DNA of 56,836 bases from a virus (lineage: Duplodnaviria; Caudoviricetes): positions 1 to 56,836 of the IMG/VR virus record IMGVR_UViG_3300037155_000015; one strand, written 5' to 3'. Both the position numbers and the translations under genes were made by a program. This document shows positions 7,378 through 17,100 of the stretch, in pieces. Below the pieces are notes generated by a model. The model did not search any database. It saw nothing but the letters and a program-made list of their open reading frames with translations, and was not told where the DNA came from. How positions within the stretch are numbered: position 1 is the stretch's first letter; each line of letters starts with the position of its first letter.

Positions 7378-10287
7378 TTAGTAGGCGAAACAGCTTACAG
7401 CCAGGATGTCGCTTGCTACCCATGCACCCAGAACGCTTGCGGGAGTAATCGTTATTAGCGTGGCAGTGGTGGTGGTAGATGTAATCATTTTACACAGAAA
7501 CGTAGCTACTACGGTATTTGTCATATCATTGCAGAAACAGTTCCATCCGGTTGCTGCTGTCGGTAATCCAATTACTCCCGTACCCGCCGTCCCTCCCGTC
7601 CCTACATTCACACGGAATGCCACTGGCCCATTGTTCGCCGTGATGCTGGGCGAGGTGCCGAAACCTGAGGAGATAGTGGGAGCTGTGGAGGATATGAGCA
7701 TGTTTGGAGTTGAGCCTAAAGAGATACCACCACTCGCACACACCTTCCCCACTCCGGTGCAGGTGGTGGTGCCGACACCTAACGATCCTTCACCAGTTAG
7801 CCGCATTTTTTCGCTTCGTGTTGTCGTTCCGTTTGCCGTCGTCTGAAATTCAAAGTCAGTTCCCTTTGCTGTGCTGGTCCATGCCTCGGAAGCTCTCATC
7901 ATCAGCAAAATCTTTGAACTATCATCCCATACGGTATTAGAGCCATTAGACGCAAAGCCGATACCGCCTAAAGTTAATAATTGCGCTCCTGAAGGAGTTG
8001 CGCTTGGTGATGTATGAGTGCCTCCGGTAGCGCCTCCATAAATGCTATTCCCTCCACCATACCCCATTCCCTGTATCCTATTCCACGTACCTATAAGCTG
8101 AATTGCCTGTCCGTCAGAAGTACCACCGCTTAGAGAATTGTCACCGTTGATTAATAGCCCATCGTTACCCATCGCAGAAACTATAGCACCAGACCCGTTT
8201 TTGGTAACTATTACAGGTTTTGTTACGGTAGCGGTTGAAACTGAAAAATCAGGAGCACCGATGCCAATTTCGATACTATTGTCACTTATTACCCTGGTGA
8301 CTCTCCTAGAAACGCTGTTTGCAGTTATCACATCTCCGACGGAAACCTGTGAGGACATTGCGCAAGCCCCGCCAGCGCAGCTAATATTTAATGGCCCTGT
8401 AGTGCCCGCAGCCATTGAAAATGTAGTTCCTGTTAAATTGATCGCTGTTCCGTCTTGTAACGATATAGTGGCATTGGCATCCTGCTTAACCAACTTGTTG
8501 GCCCCCTGACCACTATTTGCCGTCAAAGTTACTGCGCCGGTGCTTGCAGACACATTTATATCTACATTAGCTGACGCAAGAGAAGACACTCCACTTGTTC
8601 CGCAGGCGGTTCCAGTGCTCGCAAGCGCTCCACTCGACCACGTAGCACAACCAGCGGCCGGAGAGGCAGTCCCCACTGCCGGATAATATGCACCCGTTCC
8701 ACTGGTTTTTATGGGTGGTATTAATTGACTAAGAGTTTTTCTGTTTGTGCCGTCATAAAAAGTCTGTGATGCCCCTACAACTAAGGCATCACCTGCGATA
8801 ATTGCCGAGGACAAATCTACCCCATTGTGGAGATACCCTTCTGCTCTTATGGCCGTATAGTCGTTTGGCGCAGATGACCCTCCTTGAATATAAATTGCTT
8901 CATTGTTATTACTACCATCAGTCGGGACAATAGAGTTTTGCCCTACGAAAAAGCCAGTGTGGTATTTTGCAGAGGCTGGCGGTGCTATGCCTATAGCCAT
9001 AGTTGCATTATTCACGGAATCAGGGATGCCAAGCCATGTTGAAGTAGACATTACTTTATTCGTCTGCGTTCCCAGCACAGAATAATGCCCAGCATCTCCA
9101 CCCGCTTCATAAACATCAAATTCCGCCCCTGTAATATGCCCGTTAATCCCTCCTGCCAGGTAGTTGAGTCCGTATCCCCATATTCCGTAACCGGACGCAT
9201 TATAGCTGCCGTATGTTCCAAGCGGAACATTGTGATTTTCCATAATACCAAGAGTACCAACCGTGTTATTGGTCCCTCCCATACGCATCCCCGCCCCGAC
9301 AAGCGATATCGTGTGAGCGGTCCCCGTGGTGGTGCCGTCGCCATATTTTGCGGTTACAAAGTTACCGGCCCCATTGTCGTTATTGTTATATTGAGAACCA
9401 GTTGTGGTCGTGCCAGTTATTTTTTGGACGTAAAAGGTTCCCTTCTCTGTGGTGGCCGGGGTTGATACTGAACCTTCCAAAATTGTGGAAAGTGCCCCAC
9501 CGTTGCTAGAAAACAGGTATGGAGACACCCCTAGAGCTGTTGCGTTGAAAAAGGGGATGTTGGCAATAGACAGCCCCGTCAACCCCGCCCCACTCCCGGT
9601 AGGCTGCAACGCACTTTTACCAAGTCGTGAACCAACAGAGTAATTAGCATAAGCACTATCCGCTTTCGCCCCTTGGGAGGCGGTGGCTGTACTCATGCAA
9701 ACGAAAGTCCCGGTTGAGGAATAGGACTTGAAAGCTTTGCCTGTGGGGCATCGTTGAGTTGCTGGCTTACCGGATAGTTCGGCAAAGGTTACTGTGAGAC
9801 TATGATAAAGGGTATTGAAATAGGTAAGTAAAGTCGCCTTGATGTTTGTCCACGATAGTTTCTTCATTATGTTTGATGCGGCAGAATCCATAAGAGGGAG
9901 CATATCAGCATCAACTGGCGTAGTCTTAGCCGTAGCGGAGTTAATGAGTGTTCCCACTGAGGTGGCGGTTCCTATGCCGTCGGCGCCATTGGTCCCGTTT
10001 GTTCCATTGGTCCCTGCTGCTCCGGGCGCGCCTTGAATGCCCTGTATACCTTGTGAACCTTGGGGCCCAGTAAGAGGGTCTGCTCCCACGTCTGAGTAGG
10101 TCAGGCTGTTGAGACGTAATTCCAGCCGATCTCTGGTTATCCGGCCGTGCCCCTTCCCGGTGTATGTGTCAAACTTTGGCTCTGTCAGCATTTTGTTGAC
10201 CGGCCCGTAAGTGTCGGCTTTAGGGGATGGAATGGACTGGATGACAACGAACAGCGCAACGATCACATATATCGGCCAGGTTCTCAT
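7378..10287 (-). CDS. Tail fibre / receptor-binding protein
   Basis: Collagen-like GXY stretch; ATAKTTPVDADMLPLMDSAASNIMKKLSW fibre motif; Gly/Thr/Ser-rich body. Start at 10287 gives an ATGA overlap. Confidence 0.75.
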   Translation of the reverse strand: MRTWPIYVIVALFVVIQSIPSPKADTYGPVNKMLTEPKFDTYTGKGHGRITRDRLELRLNSLTYSDVGADPLTGPQGSQGIQGIQGAPGAAGTNGTNGTNGADGIGTATSVGTLINSATAKTTPVDADMLPLMDSAASNIMKKLSWTNIKATLLTYFNTLYHSLTVTFAELSGKPATQRCPTGKAFKSYSSTGTFVCMSTATASQGAKADSAYANYSVGSRLGKSALQPTGSGAGLTGLSIANIPFFNATALGVSPYLFSSNGGALSTILEGSVSTPATTEKGTFYVQKITGTTTTGSQYNNNDNGAGNFVTAKYGDGTTTGTAHTISLVGAGMRMGGTNNTVGTLGIMENHNVPLGTYGSYNASGYGIWGYGLNYLAGGINGHITGAEFDVYEAGGDAGHYSVLGTQTNKVMSTSTWLGIPDSVNNATMAIGIAPPASAKYHTGFFVGQNSIVPTDGSNNNEAIYIQGGSSAPNDYTAIRAEGYLHNGVDLSSAIIAGDALVVGASQTFYDGTNRKTLSQLIPPIKTSGTGAYYPAVGTASPAAGCATWSSGALASTGTACGTSGVSSLASANVDINVSASTGAVTLTANSGQGANKLVKQDANATISLQDGTAINLTGTTFSMAAGTTGPLNISCAGGACAMSSQVSVGDVITANSVSRRVTRVISDNSIEIGIGAPDFSVSTATVTKPVIVTKNGSGAIVSAMGNDGLLINGDNSLSGGTSDGQAIQLIGTWNRIQGMGYGGGNSIYGGATGGTHTSPSATPSGAQLLTLGGIGFASNGSNTVWDDSSKILLMMRASEAWTSTAKGTDFEFQTTANGTTTRSEKMRLTGEGSLGVGTTTCTGVGKVCASGGISLGSTPNMLISSTAPTISSGFGTSPSITANNGPVAFRVNVGTGGTAGTGVIGLPTAATGWNCFCNDMTNTVVATFLCKMITSTTTTATLITITPASVLGAWVASDILAVSCFAY

Positions 10288-10757
10288 ATGACGCAATCCT
10301 TTATGTTTTTGGTGTCGTCTGGGGTGATCTGGAATTCATATACACGATACGGAGTCCCACCGGGCTTTTTGAACGTTATTTTAACGAACATCCCTTTTTG
10401 CGGATATAGCGTGAAAACTCCGGCTGTCACGATTGCCTCAACCGACGCGGGGCGAAGAACTGAACCGGCAGACGTGGTGGGTTGTCCGAACTGATTGCGA
10501 ACCATACTCATAGTCACAACATCAAGATTGCAGATGTTCCCTGTGCCGAACTCGGAAACATCGCCGTAGAGGGTTTGCTGATCGGCGGAAGGAGCGACAG
10601 GGACCACCCGGCCAGTAGGGGGTGCTACGGACGGGGTGACTTTCTGAATGCCCCATGTGACGTTTTCCGGGTCGCTGTCGTCGGCCAATAAACGGTAGAA
10701 ATCGCCGTTCCCGCTGAGAGCCGGGATCAGGTAGCCCGGAAGAGTATAATTGCCCAT
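10284..10757 (-). CDS. Hypothetical virion or tail-associated protein
   Basis: AAGGAG RBS; coupled to the fibre gene. Confidence 0.6.
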   Translation of the reverse strand: MGNYTLPGYLIPALSGNGDFYRLLADDSDPENVTWGIQKVTPSVAPPTGRVVPVAPSADQQTLYGDVSEFGTGNICNLDVVTMSMVRNQFGQPTTSAGSVLRPASVEAIVTAGVFTLYPQKGMFVKITFKKPGGTPYRVYEFQITPDDTKNIKDCVI

Positions 10758-10835
10758 ATGTACGGCTCCTTATCCCTTCATCTCTTTCAACAATTTAGCA
10801 ATTCGAATGGCGATATTGAACCGGTCGAGCGCCCA

Positions 10836-11012
10836 TTATTTCACCTCGTTCAAACAGCCCAGCCACTTCGGGCAATGCCTGGTTACTTCCGGTATATTCT
10901 CCGCGTGGATCAGGACTTCCACGGACCCTTCCTTTTCCAAGGCTTTCTTACGCGCTTCGCAACAGTCGATCAAAAACGTGCCGTCCAGCTTGATGAGATA
11001 TTCGGAGCGCAT
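10836..11012 (-). CDS. Small hypothetical protein
   Basis: GGAG RBS before MRSEYLIK. Confidence 0.45.
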   Translation of the reverse strand: MRSEYLIKLDGTFLIDCCEARKKALEKEGSVEVLIHAENIPEVTRHCPKWLGCLNEVK

Positions 11013-11022
11013 ATTGACTCCC

Positions 11023-11066
11023 AAAAAGAAAAACCCGGCCACACTTTAAAAGGCAAGAGGCCGGGT
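11023..11066 (-). terminator. Terminator after the giant protein gene
   Basis: ACCCGGCC...GGCCGGGT stem with a T-rich tail on the minus strand. Confidence 0.6.
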
Positions 11067-11143
11067 CGGGTATTGCTGCCGTAAAACAGGTAACCGGTGG
11101 TCCGTGAACACGCTAGATTTCATTGGAAAATACTACTTTTAAT

Positions 11144-14100
11144 TCATTCCGTCAAATTAATTCCACGCTTTTTCTGCATCTCGTTGCGGGTCTTCTCCAT
11201 CATGTATTTTCCCAGGATTTGTTTTTCTTCCGGGGAAGCAATCCGAAAGACGATCTGCGCCTGGTCGTAGGTGAGCGCCTTGAAATGATTGACCTCGGGA
11301 GGGTTCTTGGCCGAGTTCCGAATCTTGGTAATGTCGCCATGGGAAAGCTGGCCGCTCTTCGTGGAGTCCGCTATCAGTTGGGGAGCGTCGGGGTCGTTCG
11401 TCTTGATCGCCCGGAAGATCTGCCGCCTGAGATCAAAGCGGCCCTGCTCCGCCTGAGTCCTGCCCCCGATCGGTAATTTGTCGGCCCCGAACTCGGTCAT
11501 TTTCCGTTCGGCAGCCGTCTGGTTGATCGCCCGGGGCGCCGGAGTGATGCCGATGAACGGTGCTATCGTTTCCGCTGGTCCCGCGCCGAGCCCCGACTGT
11601 TTGATGGCCCCTCGTATAGCAAAGGGCGTCATGGTCGCGCCGAGGTGCTTTACGGCGTCCATGGCCTGCACAACGAGCGGATCATCTTCGTTCCGGATCT
11701 TCGTGCCGTAATAGTCTTTGTTCTGCCACATTTCCGCCAGGTAGTTCAGGAGCGGATGGAGCTTGTTGGAGAGGGTCTTGCCCGGTTCCGTGGCGTAATG
11801 GTAGACGTCTTTCATGTAGGTCGGCAGGACTACCCGGTCAGGTCGACCGTTCTCATCGAGGCCCCCGGTTCGCGGGTAGTAGAGGTCTTTCACATCATCA
11901 GGACCTTCCCCGGTCATGAGGTACTGCCCTACGGCTCCCATGATCCCCGTCAGGACCGGCAGAGCGACGACATAGGCCATGCGGGTGGTCAACTCTGCCT
12001 TCTGGCCCTTGGAGAGATTCCTGACAGCCTTGGCCATGTCCTGACCCCCACCGATGATCTCCCGAATCGTGCCGACGTTCCAACCGACAGACCGGACGGA
12101 TGCCATGGCCAGGTCCTTCGCCGTCTTGTTCCAGAAGGTATTATCATAAATCATCTGCCCCATGCGGTTGTCGATGGAGTCCACAATGGTCGCCATCTTC
12201 GCCCGGAGTTCTTCATGCGTGAGATCCTTCCCGGCCCGGGTTGCTTTGGAAATCTCCATTTCTGCCAGTTTCGCAAAGGCTCCTGCTTTTTGCCAGGGTA
12301 CAAGGTGCTCCATGATCGGCCGGGCCATCTGCTCCATACCCGCGAAGGGTGCTCGCAAAGCAGCGCTGATATAATTCCCTTGCGAGATAAGCTTTTGCAT
12401 GTTCCGGGTGATCTGGGTCTTGTAGATTTGATCCATGTGCATCCGGCCGCCGCCGAGGGAATAGAGGTCGTTCAGATCGTAGGTCTTCCCTCCGGCGGTA
12501 AACTTTACTGCATCCGGGTGAAGGCTCGGATTGTCCCAGGATTGCATCATCTGCCGGCCAAGCCGGGCGCTGGTTACCGCGGCGAAAGGAACCCCGCCAA
12601 ACGACTTGGCCGCTTTGCCAAAGTCCCTGTTAGCCAGGTAGTGGAGTCCGAGGGCGAATTGCGATACCATGGCCTCTGCCGACGTGAATCCGGCATGGTA
12701 GGCCGAAAAGCCAAGCTGCATCTGATTGGCGACATTGGCTGTTCCCATGTAGGCCCGGAAGGCGGCATTCTTGCGGAGTCCGGTCGAAAGCATGTTATTC
12801 AGGACCGTGGCGGCTCCTTCCGGGGCGTACAGGTGGCCGACGATAGATAGGCCAGCCCGTGCGTCTTCCGTCTCGCCGTCTACTATTTCAGCATACTTAT
12901 CTGCGCGGTCTTTGGCATCGGCCCACTGGGCGTCTTCCCGTTCGGCGGGCTTCATGCTGGCGTAATCGTCCGCACTGAGGGGCTGCGGCTTAAAGATTTT
13001 CGACTGCTTTTCTCCATCGGCATCCGTCCACTTGACGCGATAGCCGGCAACATCATTTTTTCCATAGATGGTTGCGGAAGGATCATCAATCTTCATCCAG
13101 CCAACGGGACCGTGAAAGTCTACCGGAATCATTTTCATGGTGCCGGTCTTCTTCATCTCGTCATAAATATCCTTCGCCATGACCCATTTAGCCATTTCCG
13201 ACGACTTATGAAAGAGCATGTCGATTGGATTGTCGTAGAGCGGTTTCAAGCCTGCCCTGAGTCCGTCAGAGTACAGGTCAATGGTCTTCTGCTTCAAGAA
13301 AGCCCCGGACCCCTTGAGCGGTCGTTTCGCCATCCTCTCCATGACAATCTGTTTCGCCTTGTCCTGAGATCCCTTATCCCAGATGCCGGGGAAGTAGTAA
13401 TTCATGAATTCTTTTTCGTTCTGCGCGTTGTACTGCTCACGTTCTTCCGTGGTCATGGTCGACTTGAGCTTGCCGCGGTCCCGGACCATTTTCAAAAGGT
13501 CGTCCTGAGTCCGGTAGATGGACTTGGCAATCTCCCGCTGATCCGCCGGCAATTTGTCAAGTTCCCCGGTCTGGATAGCGTCGATGAACCGGGCCTTCGC
13601 GCCTTCCGGGTCTTCCATCTTGTCGGGCATCTTGTCGAAGAGTCTCCGGGCAAGATCGTAATGCTCGGTGATCTGGTCGAGAAGATGTTGACGACCGGAG
13701 TTCTTCTCCCGGATATTCTCGGCGGTCAACTTGGCCTCGGGTCCACGGCTGGCCGGTGTCCATGTCTTCCTGAAACCGTCGGTCAAATCGTGGAGGGCTT
13801 CGCCGATGCTCTTGGCAATCTTCCCGACTTCCGGGTGATCCATGGCGCGGTCTTTGAGGCGGTCGATTTGGTCTGACATGGCTGCGACGGAATCAGCGCG
13901 GCCACCTTCCATCTTCACAATCAAGTCCTTCGGATTGGCAATGTCGGTGCGGTCGTAAGGCGTTCCCATGCGTTCGGCTGCGGTCATGTCGGAACGGGCG
14001 GAAGCGCGGCGGGATTCTTCTTCTCCGGCGGTCCTCCTGTACTGGTCGAACATACTATCTGATTCGGATGTTTTACGCAGTAAATCGGCACCATTTAGTG

Positions 14101-17100
14101 CTTTATAATAACCCTCGCCAAGTTTTTTGAGTTCTTCACTTTTGCCTTTGTAATTCCTCTTGCTGTTATGTATTTCGTTGATTCTGTTTAAATTATCATT
14201 GGCGGTTTGCTGTAAATCTTCAATCTTTGCTTTGATTTCGGCAGGCATCGTTGTGCTTTGCTGATGTTCAATGAGATTGCTTCCTTTTGCGAATCCCCCT
14301 TCATCCTGCAAAAAATGTTGCGTTTCGTGAAGTAGTGTTTTTAACGCTGATTCGTTATCCGCTGCCTTTACCGTAATCCCCCTTTGCCATCCTGACGGGC
14401 TGAAACTACCTTTCGATTTCTCAAAATAAGGGTCAATGGTAATGAACACCGGGAGCTTGTCTAATTCTGGATGTTGCTTAAACAATACAGGATGGTCAAG
14501 CACGTCGCTGAGTTTGTAAGGATACCCGCTTTCAAGACCATCTTTCAGCCTTGCCCCACTGTCGTCAATCTCCACCTTTGCCTTGCGGTCGGTAAGGTCG
14601 GTGAACTGGCCGCGAGTGGGGAGGTCAGGCGGATTCTCGTTGTCAATTACAACTTTTGCAGGGAATGATTCTGCACCCATGATTTTGAGAGCATCGTACC
14701 TGTGACCACCTTCAAGAATATATGGACCGTCCTTGTCTATGACCACGATAAGGGGGTTAATCTCACCAGAATCTTTTATTTCTTCAGCGAGGGCTTTTGT
14801 CCTTGGAGTAATTTCAGGAGGTGCCTCGAAGTCGGATAGCTTAACTTCGCGTATGCCGGGAAGTATTTTGTAATCCGTCAACGATGCTTCAATAGAACCC
14901 ATATTCGGCACGCGGTCCCTCACCACCAGACCGTCAACATCTCCTTTTGCGACAGGGTAATCCCACTTTCCATGACCGGCATTAATGTCTGGGCCGAATA
15001 AGCCGCGCTCATCCTTCGCCATCTTCGCCACATGGTCAAAGACGCTCTGCATCCGCAGTTTGAAGCGGTTCCACAAGTCGCCGAGATATTCTTTCATCCG
15101 GGCGGAGAAGGATTTAAAGTCGGTCGCACCTTCGCGGAAAGCGGCCTTGCCAAGTTCTACCAGGTGGGGGAAAGCGCGAGCCCCGGCGTTAGATAATTCC
15201 CCTAGCTCCTTGAGGGCGAGGGGGAGAATGGAGGTGATGTCGTGGAGTATGTTCGGGTCGGTAGCGTCGAACGTGCCTTTGTTCCCGGCATCTTCGGCCA
15301 GAGTCGCCTTGTCCACACGGGAGATAAGTTTTCCTTCCATGGCCGACTTTGCTTGGCTGCTCTTGAAAAAAACGTAGACTGTAGATTTTTTAGAACCCTT
15401 ATCGTTGTTGTAATAATCAACGGAATTCTTGATGATAATCCCATCGTGCCCTTTCTCTTTCGCTTCACCTAAATGCTTTTCCGTTTCCTTCCAGTTCGCC
15501 CCGCCGGCATCAACAACCATAGGATTTTCGATGGACAGATATAAAGAGATTGTATGCGGTTCGGCGTTCTGATAATCGAAGGCCCGTTTATCGTCGGCAT
15601 AACTGTCCGCCGTTGCGTAAGAGTCGGAGGCAAAGAAGCTATCCCCACGGGTGAGACTATTGAATCCCTCTTTGAGCAATCCCCGAACGTCAGGACTGCC
15701 ATGATAAACCACCAGCGGTTTGCCGTCCTTGTCAACCACCTTGGAGTCGCCAAACCATTGTTTGAATGCAGGGGTGTCGGTCTTAACGGTGGGTTTTGCG
15801 GGAGAGTCCGGCACAGTTTCAGGGTAATCAGCCGTGTAAACCGGCTTGCCCTTCTTACCGCCTCCAAGGGCTTCGATGGCTGTCCCGGTCAGTTCGGATA
15901 CTTCCTGCTTGCTGTACGGCCCTCGGTAGCCGGTAGCGTCGGATTTGACGGTAAAGACGGGACGGTCTTCGGCGTTGATGTACCACTGTGCCTTTTCTTT
16001 TGCGGCAGACTGAACCGTCAAGCTTTCCTTGGGGGGGGATACTTCAGCAGAAGGTTCACCTTGACTGGCTTCGGCGGTAGTTATCCCTTCTCCCTGTTGC
16101 TGGTTCTTGCGTTCGGTGAGGACTGCGAGTGCGGTCTTCTCTCCGGCTGACAATTTTTGCTTGGCAGAAAGAGTATCGAATCTGCGGAGTTCTGCTTTGC
16201 TTAACGGCCGGGTCAATTCAAGCCACGCCCTGCCTGCGTCTGTCGGGGTATAGCCGGACTTATCTTTGAAGTTAGGTCTTGATAGTTCAACGTGTCCGGC
16301 TGCCAACAAATCCTTCATTGACTGCTTTTCTGATTCCGACATTATTCCATTGAACGGTTTGCCCGACTTTACTATTTTTTGTAGCAGTTCGCGGCGGGAT
16401 TCCGCTTGCTTGGTGCTGCTTTTGCTTCCAGCTCCCGTCGCAACTCTTCCGGCTTGTCCTTCAGGTGCGACAGGTTCAGCTTGGCTAACCGGCTCTCGGT
16501 TGACATACTCTCCCCCCTTGTTCAATCGTTGCAGTGCCAACTTAGAATCGGCGGCCTGCTCTACTTCTTTAACGCTGTTGAAATTCTTAAAATCTGCGGC
16601 GCCATGTTCTATCCCAACTCCCGGCGGCATTCCAGTGGTCTTATGAGGGATAGCGTCAATCCCGGCCTTTTTGGCATATAGTGTAACGGCCTTTTGGGCT
16701 TTGTCAAGTGTGGCAGATAAATCTTTTGCGGGAACGTCGGGAGCAATGACAGCGAACTCGTCACCCTGGCGGCGAAATACTTGAGCGGTTGGATGCTCTG
16801 CTTTCACCTTGGCTTTAATAATGTCGGCTATGGCTCTGATATGTGGGTCGGCTAAAGACTCCCCGCCTGCCCACTTGTTAAGTCCGCCCATGTTGGCAAC
16901 GTCGATGCTTCCATAGGCGAAGTCGCGGCCATTCGCTTGATGCTCCTGCCATGCCCGGTCAAGGGTAGGGTAGTGGTGCTCTCTGGCGATAAGTCCCGTC
17001 ACAGCGTCAGGAAGGCGCTCACGTTGGCGGCGTTCGTTGACAAGTTCGGAGTGTAGCGGTTGATCGGGGGTAACGCCCCCTGCTTCCAATTTGGCGGCTA

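Noticed and set aside
7378-10287. Diversity-generating retroelement or invertible tail-fibre system
   Set aside because: No reverse transcriptase or invertase and no TR/VR repeat pair were seen.
11645-12850. Long plus-strand ORFs opposite structural genes (also 13112-13876, 31209-32036, 32163-32897, 53890-54846)
   Set aside because: Antisense shadows of GC-rich coding genes, with no recognisable motifs.
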